Shown here one piece after another: positions 28,137-37,379 of a stretch of DNA of 64,000 nt (position 1 is the stretch's first letter; every line of letters starts with the position of its first letter). A program made the translations under genes and the position numbers. The notes under the pieces were generated by a model. That model did no database searches, was not told the DNA's origin, and saw nothing but the letters and a program-made list of their open reading frames with translations. The stretch is from Clostridiales bacterium (GTDB lineage Bacteria; Bacillota; Clostridia; Christensenellales; CAG-314), in NCBI GenBank assembly GCA_004558105.1, contig SFEB01000004.1:5120-69119 (forward strand). Direction: 5' to 3'.

Positions 28137-29534
28137 ATGGAAGAAAAAACTCAAGGTCAATTACTCAAAGAACAACTTTGCTGGAATATTCCCAACATTG
28201 CCAAAGACAACAAAGACGAAGTCGCAAAAGCACAGGAATTTTGCGAGGGTTACAAAGATTTTCTCAATAAAGGGAAAACCGAACGCGAATGCGTAGAGTA
28301 CTCGGTGGACTTGCTCGTAAAAGCCGGTTACAAACCCTTTGACAGAAATAAAAAATACAAGGCGGGCGACAAGGTTTATTTCATCAACCGCGAAAAAGCA
28401 GTTATCGCAACGACTTTCGGTCAACGTCCTCTGACGGAAGGCTCCCGTCTCAACTTCGCACATATCGACGCACCCCGTCTCGACCTTAAACCCAACCCCC
28501 TGTACGAAAAGTCCGATATTTCTTATCTCAAAACGCACTACTACGGCGGAATAAGAAAATATCAATGGACCTGTATTCCTCTCGCTATCCACGGCGTCGT
28601 CTGCAAGGCAGACGGAACCAAAGTTAAGGTCTGCATAGGCGAAGAACCCGGCGACCCCGTGTTCGTTATCACCGATTTATTGCCTCACCTCGCAGCAGAA
28701 CAGGGTAAACGTACCCTCAACGACGGAATAAAAGGCGAAGAACTCAACATCATTACGGGTTGCCTGCCCTTTGACGAAAAAGATATCAAAGAACCCGTCA
28801 AACTCATGACTCTCAAACTTCTCAACGAAAAATACGGTATCGTCGAAAAAGACTTCGTCCGCGCGGAAATCGAAATCGTCCCCGCAACGAAAGCAACCGA
28901 CGTCGGTCTGGATCGCGGATTTGTCGGCGCGGCAGGTCAGGACGACAGAGTGTGCGGCTACACCGCTCTCATGGCGGAAATCGACACCAAAACCCCCGTC
29001 TACACCACCATCACCGCTTTGGTTGACAAAGAAGAAATCGGTTCGGTAGGCAATACCGGTCTCAACAGCGACTTTATTCTTCACTACATCGAATTCCTCG
29101 CGCAAAACGCAGGCGTCGATTACAAAGACGTATGCGCAAACGCTCTCTGCATGAGCAGTGACGTAAACGCGGCTTTCGATCCCACCTTCCCCTCCGTACA
29201 TGAACCGATGAACGCAAGTTACGCAGGTAAAGGTTGCGTCATCACCAAATACACCGGCTCCCGCGGAAAGAGCGGCAGCAACGACGCAAGCGCGGAAGTT
29301 ATGCAAAAGGTCATCGCAATGATGGATGAAGAAAAAGTTTATTGGCAAATCGGCGAACTCGGCGCCATCGACGTGGGCGGCGGCGGCACGGTTGCGGCGT
29401 ACGTAGCGCATATGAATATCGACGTCGTCGACGTAGGCGTACCTATCCTCAGCATGCACTCGCCCTTCGAGTTGGCGGCAAAAGTCGACGTTTACAACGC
29501 TTACAGAGCTTATCTCGCTTTCTTTAAACACTAA
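28137..29534 (+). CDS. M18 family aminopeptidase
   Basis: 465 aa. The overall pattern matches clostridial aminopeptidase 1 / aspartyl aminopeptidase family (HIDAPRLDLKP, GQDDRVCGY, DKEEIGS, SMHSP). Confidence 0.8.
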   Translation: MEEKTQGQLLKEQLCWNIPNIAKDNKDEVAKAQEFCEGYKDFLNKGKTERECVEYSVDLLVKAGYKPFDRNKKYKAGDKVYFINREKAVIATTFGQRPLTEGSRLNFAHIDAPRLDLKPNPLYEKSDISYLKTHYYGGIRKYQWTCIPLAIHGVVCKADGTKVKVCIGEEPGDPVFVITDLLPHLAAEQGKRTLNDGIKGEELNIITGCLPFDEKDIKEPVKLMTLKLLNEKYGIVEKDFVRAEIEIVPATKATDVGLDRGFVGAAGQDDRVCGYTALMAEIDTKTPVYTTITALVDKEEIGSVGNTGLNSDFILHYIEFLAQNAGVDYKDVCANALCMSSDVNAAFDPTFPSVHEPMNASYAGKGCVITKYTGSRGKSGSNDASAEVMQKVIAMMDEEKVYWQIGELGAIDVGGGGTVAAYVAHMNIDVVDVGVPILSMHSPFELAAKVDVYNAYRAYLAFFKH

Positions 29535-29543
29535 TCAAATTTA

Positions 29544-29572
29544 AAACGCACCCGCACGGGTGCGTTTTTTTT
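29544..29572. terminator. Rho-independent terminator (bidirectional context)
   Basis: 8-bp stem ACGCACCC / GGGTGCGT with a GCAC loop, followed by eight T. It lies between the convergent aminopeptidase and uppP genes. Confidence 0.8.
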
Positions 29573-29616
29573 AACCGAAAAAACCTCTTTCCTTTTTTCA
29601 AAGTAAACCGCTCGCT

Positions 29617-30381
29617 TTACCATGCCGTCAGAATACTCAGCAGTAAAGGTAATATCATGTACAGCGCAAAAGGACGTAAGGATTTGTTTTTAAGATAACC
29701 GATAAACAGTCTCAGACAAACCGTCCCTACGATATAGGCGACCAGCATACCGAGCAATACGGGTAACATGTTAGAAACGACAGGCGCGTCGGTCACTACC
29801 GCCTTGTACCCTTTTACAACGGTTCCGGCAAGGATAACGGGCAAAGACAACAAAAAGGCGAATTCCGCGCTTTCCTCTTTTTTTACGCCGAAAAAGTTCA
29901 ATACCGACAGTATCGAGCCGCTACGGGACAAACCCGGTATCACGGCTATACCCTGAGCAATACCCGCCGCCCAGACGTGTGTATACGGGGGAGCGTAAAG
30001 CGGACGGACGTTCTTGCCTTTATCGGAAAAAAACAGTAATACCGCCGTCGCAAGAAATCCCACGGGCAATATCCACGAGTACCACTCTTCGGGCAAAAAC
30101 AATTCTGCTGCCGCCGCAAGAATAAATGTCGGCACGCTTGCCATAATCACCATTCCCAACCTCATATCGGTAAACGGATGAAAAATCATTTTTCGCACGG
30201 GTCCCCACATAACCGTAACGACGGCAAAAAGCGTGCCGAGGTGCAGCAAGAGGTTAAAAAACACGTCCACTTCGCACCCGAGCAGTTTTTCCGCCAAAAA
30301 AAGATGACCGCTGCTGCTGACGGGTAAAAATTCCGTCAGTCCTTGCAGTACACCTAAAAATATTCCCTGCCAGACGGACAA
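29617..30381 (-). CDS. uppP: Undecaprenyl-diphosphate phosphatase
   Basis: 254 aa. BacA/UppP signature LQGLTEFLPVSSSGHL and PGLSRSG. Confidence 0.9.
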   Translation of the reverse strand: MSVWQGIFLGVLQGLTEFLPVSSSGHLFLAEKLLGCEVDVFFNLLLHLGTLFAVVTVMWGPVRKMIFHPFTDMRLGMVIMASVPTFILAAAAELFLPEEWYSWILPVGFLATAVLLFFSDKGKNVRPLYAPPYTHVWAAGIAQGIAVIPGLSRSGSILSVLNFFGVKKEESAEFAFLLSLPVILAGTVVKGYKAVVTDAPVVSNMLPVLLGMLVAYIVGTVCLRLFIGYLKNKSLRPFALYMILPLLLSILTAW

Positions 30382-30516
30382 AAAATCATCTCCTTAGTTT
30401 ACAAATTCTTAAAGGTAATGTATAATGATTTCGTATGGTTTTGCGAACACTGTCAATCGGTCGTTTCGCTTAACCGTAAAAAAGTCTAAAATAGTATATG
30501 GAGATATTTCGTTAAT

Positions 30517-31611
30517 ATGAAACTCGGAGTCGTAGGTTTGCCCAACGTAGGCAAAAGCACTTTGTTTAACGCCATCACACATGCAGGCGCACAGATAGCC
30601 AACTACCCCTTTTGCACCATCGAACCCAACGTGGGCGTGGTTGCCGTTCCCGACGAACGGTTGGATAAACTGGCGGCGCTGTACGACAGCAAAAAAATCA
30701 CGCCCGCCTTCGTAGAGTTCGTCGACATTGCCGGGTTGGTCAAAGGCGCAAGCCACGGCGAAGGTCTCGGAAACAAGTTTTTGAGCCATATCAGAGAGGT
30801 TGACGCCATCGTCCACGTCGTCCGTTGCTTTATCGACAGCAACGTCACGCACGTAGAAAACAGCGTAAACCCCGCCCGCGACGTGGAAATCATCAATCTC
30901 GAACTTATTTTAGCCGACATCGACACCGTAACCAAAGCCGTGGACAGGGCTAAAACCGCGGCAAAGGGCGACAAAAAGTATCTGTTGGACGTCGACGTTT
31001 TAACCCGTCTGTTAAATCACCTGACCGACGGTAAGTCGGCGAGAAATTTTTCCGCTTCCGACGAGGAAAAGGAAATTATCTCTAACCTCTTCCTTTTGTC
31101 CGCAAAACCCGTAATCTACGCCGCCAACATTTCCGAAAGCGACCTCGGTAAAAACGAACGTGACCTTCCTCTCGTTAAGGAAGTGGAAAAAATCGCCGAA
31201 GCCGAAGGCAGTCAGGTTCTCGTCATCTGCGCAAAAGTCGAAGAAGAACTCTCCGCGTTGCCGCCCGAAGAACAGGAAATGTTCCTTGCCGAATACGGCA
31301 TCACCGAAAGCGGCTTAAACCGCATGATTAAAAAATGTTACGCCCTGCTCGGTCTTATCAGTTATCTGACCGCGGGTGAAAAAGAAACCCGCGCCTGGAC
31401 GATAAAAGAAGGCACCAAAGCCCCTCAGGCGGCGGGAAAAATTCACACCGATTTTGAAAAAGGCTTTATCCGCGCCGAAATCGTTCCTTACGACGTGCTG
31501 TTGGAGTGCGGAAACTTCAACAACGCCAAAGAAAAAGGAAAGGTACGCAGCGAAGGCAAAGACTACGTCGTTAAAGACGGCGACGTCGTTCTGTTCAGGT
31601 TCAACGTTTAA
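30517..31611 (+). CDS. ychF: Redox-regulated ATPase YchF
   Basis: 364 aa. G1 motif GLPNVGKSTLFNA and the C-terminal TGS-like domain (GFIRAEIV...). Confidence 0.9.
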   Translation: MKLGVVGLPNVGKSTLFNAITHAGAQIANYPFCTIEPNVGVVAVPDERLDKLAALYDSKKITPAFVEFVDIAGLVKGASHGEGLGNKFLSHIREVDAIVHVVRCFIDSNVTHVENSVNPARDVEIINLELILADIDTVTKAVDRAKTAAKGDKKYLLDVDVLTRLLNHLTDGKSARNFSASDEEKEIISNLFLLSAKPVIYAANISESDLGKNERDLPLVKEVEKIAEAEGSQVLVICAKVEEELSALPPEEQEMFLAEYGITESGLNRMIKKCYALLGLISYLTAGEKETRAWTIKEGTKAPQAAGKIHTDFEKGFIRAEIVPYDVLLECGNFNNAKEKGKVRSEGKDYVVKDGDVVLFRFNV

Positions 31612-31624
31612 ATTCAGGTAAAAA

Positions 31625-32419
31625 ATGAAATTCGTCAACAAATACAGCGGAAGCAAAGGCAATCTTACCGTCGTCCGCGAAGGCGGCAGAGCGGTTTTAA
31701 TCGATTGCGGCGGCGGTTCGGGAAAGATTTTTCCCGCCATCAAGTCATGCGGACTGAGTCCGTCGGACGTTGACGCCGTTCTCGTCACGCATGAACATTC
31801 CGACCATATCGGCGGAATGGAGACTTTGCTTGCCGCAAATCCGCAGATAAAAGTTTACGTACACGCCAAAGGTTACGTCGCGTTGGTTGATAAATTCAGG
31901 CAGTACGAAGGAAGAATTATTTCCTTCGATTCTCCGTTCGACGCAGGCGCTTTCCGCGTAGAATACTACCCGTGCAGCCACGATTCCGTTTATTGTTGCG
32001 GCTATAAACTGACCGACGACAAGGGTATGTCGGTTGCGTCGGTTACGGACACGGGCGAAGTCGACGACAAAACTTTATTGGCGTTTTTCAACGGTTGCGA
32101 TACCATTCTGCTCGAAAGCAATCACGACGTAAAAATGCTTACCGAAGGCAACTACACCGCCCAACTTAAAAAACGCATACTCGGCGTCAACGGACACCTG
32201 TCCAACGCCCGTGCGGCTCAAATCGTCTCCCGTCTCCCCGATATCAACGTAAAAAACGTTTTTCTGGGACACCTGAGTCTTGACAACAACACCGAAGAAA
32301 TAGCGTTTGCAGAGTCGATAAACGCCCTTGTTTCACGCGGCGCCGTAGACGGCAGAGATATCTGCGTTTACGTTGCCAGACAGCTGTTCGGAGGAAAAGA
32401 AATCAATGTTAACCGATAA
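31625..32419 (+). CDS. MBL-fold metallo-hydrolase (YycJ/WalJ-like)
   Basis: 264 aa with the HxHxDH motif (THEHSDH). Confidence 0.75.
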   Translation: MKFVNKYSGSKGNLTVVREGGRAVLIDCGGGSGKIFPAIKSCGLSPSDVDAVLVTHEHSDHIGGMETLLAANPQIKVYVHAKGYVALVDKFRQYEGRIISFDSPFDAGAFRVEYYPCSHDSVYCCGYKLTDDKGMSVASVTDTGEVDDKTLLAFFNGCDTILLESNHDVKMLTEGNYTAQLKKRILGVNGHLSNARAAQIVSRLPDINVKNVFLGHLSLDNNTEEIAFAESINALVSRGAVDGRDICVYVARQLFGGKEINVNR

Positions 32420-33359
32420 ACTTACCAAGCGTCAGAGTTACAAATTGTTTACCTTTGCGGTGGGCGTCTTTTTGGTACTGCAAGTTATTTTCGTCGCTTT
32501 GAATTCCCTCTCCGGAATGGTGGACGACGACGGCAACTACACGGGGTACTGGTTCTGGATAGTCAACGGCATACTGCAACTTTCGCTTATCGCGGCGGTG
32601 GCGGTTTTTTGCAAAATCTCAAAAGTTAAATATTTCAGCGCAGTCGGCTTGAATAAAAAACCCAAACTTTCCACGCTTTTGCTTTCCGTCGGGCTTGCCG
32701 TGGGGTTATTCTGTTTCGTCTACCCCATACAGACGTGGGTGCTTAAATTGCTGGAAGAACTCGGTTTTTCGGCGAGCAGCAGCGTACCCGTCGACAACGA
32801 TCCGATTACTTTCGTTTTGCTTATCGTAGTCGTCGGTCTTCTCCCCGCTTTTGCGGAAGAACAACTTTTCAGAGGCGCTTTGCTCGGCGGACTTAAAAGT
32901 TTCGGAACAATAAAAGCCTGCCTCGTCTGCGGAGCGCTGTTTGCGCTGTTCCACATGAACCCGGCTCAGACGGTACATCAGTTTATAATGGGATTTGCGT
33001 TGGCGTATATCGCTTTACGCGCGGACAACCTGTACCCGTCAATGCTCGTCCATTTATTCAACAACATTATCGTTATCGTTCTGGCAGTTACCTTAGGCGA
33101 CGCGGTCGATCTTTTCGTCGAAAAATACTGGTACGCCTTTTTGCTTGTCGGCGCCGCAGTTTGCGCGGCGTGCGCTTACGCGTTTATAAAACTCACTCCG
33201 TCAAACGAACGGAACGTTGAGGCAGAAAAAACTTCGCCCACGGCATCCACTGCCGGCGGCGAAACAACGGAAAAACAAACCACGGGAGACGTGTTGATTC
33301 TCTTTTCCGGAATACTTGCGTGTGCAATTCTCTGGATATCGGGTTTCAACGCAGGCTGA
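32406..33359 (+). CDS. CPBP family intramembrane glutamic endopeptidase
   Basis: Motifs EEQLFRG and FALFH ... HLFNN. The start is moved to the ATG at 32406 (MLTDKL). Confidence 0.75.
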   Translation: MLTDKLTKRQSYKLFTFAVGVFLVLQVIFVALNSLSGMVDDDGNYTGYWFWIVNGILQLSLIAAVAVFCKISKVKYFSAVGLNKKPKLSTLLLSVGLAVGLFCFVYPIQTWVLKLLEELGFSASSSVPVDNDPITFVLLIVVVGLLPAFAEEQLFRGALLGGLKSFGTIKACLVCGALFALFHMNPAQTVHQFIMGFALAYIALRADNLYPSMLVHLFNNIIVIVLAVTLGDAVDLFVEKYWYAFLLVGAAVCAACAYAFIKLTPSNERNVEAEKTSPTASTAGGETTEKQTTGDVLILFSGILACAILWISGFNAG

Positions 33360-33360
33360 A

Positions 33361-33831
33361 ATGTTAAAGGTAAAAATAGTTTGCGTAGGCAAGATAAAAG
33401 AAGATTTTTTTGAAAAGGCGTTGGCGGAATACGGCAAACGTCTTTCTCGTTTCTGCGCCTTTAAAATAGAAGAAATCGCAGAATCCCGTCTCAACGACGA
33501 AACGGCGACAGATATCGCCCGCGCGCTGGAAGAAGAAGGCAAAAGCATTCTTAAAAAAACAGACGGGTTGGCGGTTTTATTGGACAGGCAGGGCGTCGAA
33601 GTATCCTCCTGCGACGTGGCGAAACTGTTGAAATCTTCCGCCGACGTCAAAGGCGGTATTACTTTTATCGTCGGCAGTAGCCACGGCGTCAGTCATTCCG
33701 TTTTTCAACGCGCGGACAAAGTGATTTCGTTCGGAAAAATCACCTTCCCACACCAACTGTTCAGAGTCGTTCTGGCAGAACAGATTTATCGGGGATTCAC
33801 GATAATAAACGGCTCCGCTTATCACAAGTAA
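33361..33831 (+). CDS. rlmH: 23S rRNA (pseudouridine1915-N3)-methyltransferase RlmH
   Basis: SPOUT-family pattern (MLKVKIVCVGKIKE ... FIVGSSHG ... FPHQLFRVVLAEQIYR). The start is moved to the ATG at 33361. Confidence 0.85.
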   Translation: MLKVKIVCVGKIKEDFFEKALAEYGKRLSRFCAFKIEEIAESRLNDETATDIARALEEEGKSILKKTDGLAVLLDRQGVEVSSCDVAKLLKSSADVKGGITFIVGSSHGVSHSVFQRADKVISFGKITFPHQLFRVVLAEQIYRGFTIINGSAYHK

Positions 33832-33950
33832 AACGAGTGCCGCCTCTAACCGCTCCAGTCGGTCGATAATCGTTTTAAACGGTTTTCAATCCGTCACTTT
33901 TTCCTTTTTTTCGCATATAATATCAAGACGAACAAAAAGGGAGAAACGGA

Positions 33951-34886
33951 GTGTTTAAATATTTTGATTTATTGAAAGAAATCGACGAATTCGAAAGACG
34001 CGGCGTAGAAGTCGGCAGCATTGGCAACAGTACCCTCGGTTTTGACACGCCTTATATCTTTATCGGCGACAAATCCAAAAACTGCATCGTCGTGACGGGA
34101 GCGATACACGCGCGTGAACACATTACCGCTTTGCTGGTGGTCAACCAGGCAAAACATCTGCTGAAAAACGCCGATTTAACCCTCCTGGGCGGTATCTACT
34201 TCATTCCCATGGTCAACGTTGACGGGGTACGGCTCTGCCAGGAAGGCGTGGGTTTCCTGACCGACAAACAACTCAAAAAAAACCTGATAAAAATCAACGG
34301 CGGCACGGACTTTTCGCTGTGGAAAGCCAATATAGCGGGCGTCGACCTCAACGTCAATTTCGACGCGCGGTGGGGACAGGGAAAAAGCAACGTCTTTTAC
34401 AAAGCCCCTGCCAACTACGTCGGCAAAAAACCCAACAGCGAAGTCGAAACGAAAAATCTCGTTCGTTTCACCCGTACCGTCAATCCGTTATCCACCGTCA
34501 GTTATCATTGCAAAGGCGAAGTCATTTTCTGGCGGTTTTTCCAAAAAGACAAACGCACCTTGTGGCAGCACTACTGCCTTGCGAAAAGTCTTTCCCAGGC
34601 TACGGGGTATCGCCTTATCGCGACCGAAGCAGGCAGTTGCGGCGGTTACAAGGACTGGTGTATTGACCGACTGGGCATTCCGGCGTTTACCGTAGAAGTG
34701 GGCAGCGACAAGTTTACCCACCCCTACCCTTACGACCAGTTCGAAGATATTTACAACAAAAACATAGACGTTCCGAGACGGTTGCTCAACACCGTCTGCC
34801 GCGAAAAAGAGAGGGCAAGTCAGAATGGATCAAAAGATAAAGATGATGAAACGGGCCTTATTCCAAGCGAAAAAAGCTTCCGCTGA
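33951..34886 (+). CDS. M14 family zinc carboxypeptidase (gamma-D-glutamyl-diamino-acid peptidase-like)
   Basis: 311 aa, GTG start. Zinc motif HAREHIT. The 3' end overlaps tadA by 62 nt. Confidence 0.7.
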   Translation: MFKYFDLLKEIDEFERRGVEVGSIGNSTLGFDTPYIFIGDKSKNCIVVTGAIHAREHITALLVVNQAKHLLKNADLTLLGGIYFIPMVNVDGVRLCQEGVGFLTDKQLKKNLIKINGGTDFSLWKANIAGVDLNVNFDARWGQGKSNVFYKAPANYVGKKPNSEVETKNLVRFTRTVNPLSTVSYHCKGEVIFWRFFQKDKRTLWQHYCLAKSLSQATGYRLIATEAGSCGGYKDWCIDRLGIPAFTVEVGSDKFTHPYPYDQFEDIYNKNIDVPRRLLNTVCREKERASQNGSKDKDDETGLIPSEKSFR

Positions 34887-35274
34887 GGATGAAGTCCCTA
34901 TCGGCGCCGTAATAGTCAAAGACGGCAAAGTCGTTTCCGTCGGACGAAACGAGCGCGACAAAAAACAAATCGCCACCAAACACGCCGAAATCGTCGCCAT
35001 CGAATCTGCATGCAGAAAACTCAAAAGCTGGCGTCTCAACGGTTGCGAACTGTACGTCACTTTGGAGCCGTGCGCGATGTGTCTGGGCGCATGTTTTAAC
35101 GCCCGCCTGGATAAAGTCTATTTTGGCGCCTACGACCCCCGAGGCGGCGCCTGCGGAAGCGTAATCGACCTGTCGATTGTCAACCAATTAAACCACAATC
35201 TAGAGGTCGAAGGCGGCATTCTCGCCGACGACTGCGCAAAACTGCTGAAAGATTTTTTCGCCGCCAAAAGATAG
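34825..35274 (+). CDS. tadA: tRNA adenosine(34) deaminase
   Basis: 149 aa. CDA-fold zinc motifs HAEIVAI and PCAMC. Confidence 0.9.
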   Translation: MDQKIKMMKRALFQAKKASAEDEVPIGAVIVKDGKVVSVGRNERDKKQIATKHAEIVAIESACRKLKSWRLNGCELYVTLEPCAMCLGACFNARLDKVYFGAYDPRGGACGSVIDLSIVNQLNHNLEVEGGILADDCAKLLKDFFAAKR

Positions 35275-35588
35275 TTTTTCGTTTTAACCTTTTTGTAACC
35301 GCTCTCACTTGCCGGTCGGCAGAAATCAACGGACGTTAAAAACCCTAACTCGCCTGACACAAAACGAATTCACAGGAAAACCAACGGAAAAGCCTTGATT
35401 TTTGCGTCAGAACAAACGCCGTAAAACTTTTAATAATAACGTTAATAGCGTCATAAAAAACTTATTCAAGATAAAACCTTTATTCGCATATATCCGTATA
35501 AAACGACACAATATAACCCTACATCCGAAAAACACAACAAAAGAGTATTCAAAAACGTAATATCGTATAAGATCTTATATCGGTAAAG

Positions 35589-35620
35589 AAATGCTGACGA
35601 AAATTTCGTCAGCATTTTAA
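35589..35620. terminator. Bidirectional hairpin terminator at the left edge of the gene desert
   Basis: About 12-bp stem AATGCTGACGAA / TTCGTCAGCATT, flanked by A- and T-rich runs. It lies 315 nt downstream of the tadA stop. Confidence 0.6.
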
Positions 35621-36065
35621 TTGTCGGAAAACATAGAAAATCAAACTACGAAACAGCAAAAACGTATCGTATTTTTCGTTTTAAAAACGGATTCTGCCTT
35701 TCAAAACCCGCTTACCTTTCCTTGCGGCATTAATTACCACAGGATACGATTCATTGACGTACAATGCAATTCACCAAGATTTCTATCGAACCGCGCCGCC
35801 GATAAACGTTTATAAACCCGTAAAATCCTTACATTTTTACCCTTTTAAACCCAACAACAATACCCGTTAATGAAATGACGGCTTCCCACAAGACCGTAAA
35901 AAAGTACTTCAACCAAATAACACTTATATCAGCACCGGTCAACGTACGTGCGCATTGCCAACGTTTTAACAATCATTAAATTAAATATAAACGTCTATTT
36001 CCCGAGCAACGCCCATGCCGAGACGATGCGCAAAACAATCGCGACGAATACCGCCGATTTGATAT

Positions 36066-36081
36066 TGTTTCACGTGAAACA
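36066..36081. other. parS: parS site 1 (ParB binding site)
   Basis: TGTTTCACGTGAAACA. Perfect 16-bp palindrome matching the Firmicute parS consensus TGTTNCACGTGAAACA. Confidence 0.85.
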
Positions 36082-36126
36082 AAAAGCGACAAAATACCCA
36101 TGCTATCGCCCGAAACCCACAATAAA

Positions 36127-36142
36127 TGTTTCACGTGAAACA
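36127..36142. other. parS: parS site 2
   Basis: TGTTTCACGTGAAACA. Identical to site 1 and 61 bp from it. Confidence 0.85.
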
Positions 36143-37002
36143 ATCAAACAACAGCAAGCAAAAACCAATATAACATAAAACCGCATATTTTCTCTGAATT
36201 TTAAAAAATAATGAAAACACAAAAAACAAGACAATTTTTACAAATAGTAGAAAAACATTGCATTTCGCTCTTATCCGACACAATAATACTTAATTTAAAA
36301 ACTTATTGATTAACAATTAATAAATTATTTCATTTTTGACGTAAACAACTTAGAAAATAATTTATTTGTTTATTTTTGGGTTTTGAAAATTTAATTGAAC
36401 TCAACAAGCGAACCTAAACCATACACAACTTAAACACCAAAAACAACAATAAACCCACTTCAAAAAACCAAATTGAAAACAAAAAAGACACAACACACAT
36501 ACGCCTCGCCGCAACATGTGCACACAACAACAAACCCCACAAAAGCCACAGCAATAATGAACATTTTGGCATTTTTTCGCTTTTAGAGAAAAAATTTTTA
36601 CAAAAATCGTATTATTGGGCGTTTTAAAAACTGAAAAAAGCCAGGTTTTTCCTTGTGTTGAGCGATTTTACCCCACCCTGAAACGCTCTCAGACAGAATT
36701 TTTTAAAACCTTCGGCGTTTTTGGCGCGATTTTGGTACCAATGTACCGGCTTTTCCGTACGTTTTTGAGCCCTAGCGAAAAGAGCACCGCACCAAAAAGA
36801 CACATACCGGTCGCACCGTCAGAAAAACCAAAACAACAAGAAAACTATAATACAACTTAAAACACAACGATTTACACATCAAATATTTTTATTTTACCAA
36901 CCAAAGCAAGGATTTACGCGCTTAAACGTATAAAAGCATAAAACACAACCCAAAAAAAGCAAACCACAACCGAACCTAAGCTCTTTTACCCGCTAAAAAT
37001 TG

Positions 37003-37018
37003 AGTTTCACGTGGAACA
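37003..37018. other. parS: parS site 3
   Basis: AGTTTCACGTGGAACA. This is the reverse-complement form of the B. subtilis TGTTCCACGTGAAACA type, with one flank mismatch. Confidence 0.8.
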
Positions 37019-37064
37019 TTCACACTAAAATACAATAAAAACGACTAGTTTTCAAGAAAAACAA

Positions 37065-37080
37065 CGTTTCACGTGAAACA
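37065..37080. other. parS: parS site 4
   Basis: CGTTTCACGTGAAACA. The 14-bp core is perfect and one outer base differs. Confidence 0.8.
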
Positions 37081-37166
37081 AACCCAAATAAGCCGCCTTA
37101 AAGCATCAGATTTATGCTATTTGCACAAAAACTATTAAGAATGTTGCTTTGTAATTAAAATTTTTA

Positions 37167-37182
37167 CGTTTCACGTGAAACT
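37167..37182. other. parS: parS site 5
   Basis: CGTTTCACGTGAAACT. The 14-bp core is perfect and both outer bases differ. Confidence 0.75.
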
Positions 37183-37251
37183 TGTTGTACTGTTTGTGCG
37201 CTTTTTGCCGTATTTGGTAGCATTAGGGGTGAATTAATTATTGTTTTTCTT

Positions 37252-37267
37252 TGTTTCACATGAAACA
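37252..37267. other. parS: parS site 6 (variant)
   Basis: TGTTTCACATGAAACA. A single central mismatch (CACATG instead of CACGTG). Confidence 0.6.
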
Positions 37268-37363
37268 ATCGTTAAATTGTGTTATTTGTCTTGCGATTTA
37301 TATTTTTTTGACGGAGTCTTTCGCTTTTTTGGGTTTTTTACGCCATATTTGGTGTTATTTTCT

Positions 37364-37379
37364 TGTTTCACGTGAAACT
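37364..37379. other. parS: parS site 7
   Basis: TGTTTCACGTGAAACT. One outer mismatch. Confidence 0.8.

Noticed and set aside
28677-29531. 284-aa minus-strand ORF opposite the M18 aminopeptidase
   Set aside because: It is an antisense shadow ORF. The plus-strand product has clear family motifs and its own promoter and terminator.
35621-36860. Three short ORFs inside the gene desert (35621-35815, 35948-36178, 36615-36860)
   Set aside because: They use non-ATG or unsupported starts and have no SD. Their low-complexity composition simply mirrors the A/C-rich DNA. Two of them run across parS sites or repeats.
36066-37379. Possibility that the repeated palindromes form a CRISPR array
   Set aside because: The repeats are only 16 bp and are perfectly palindromic. 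They match the parS consensus. Spacing is irregular (61 to about 876 bp). There is no leader or cas gene nearby.
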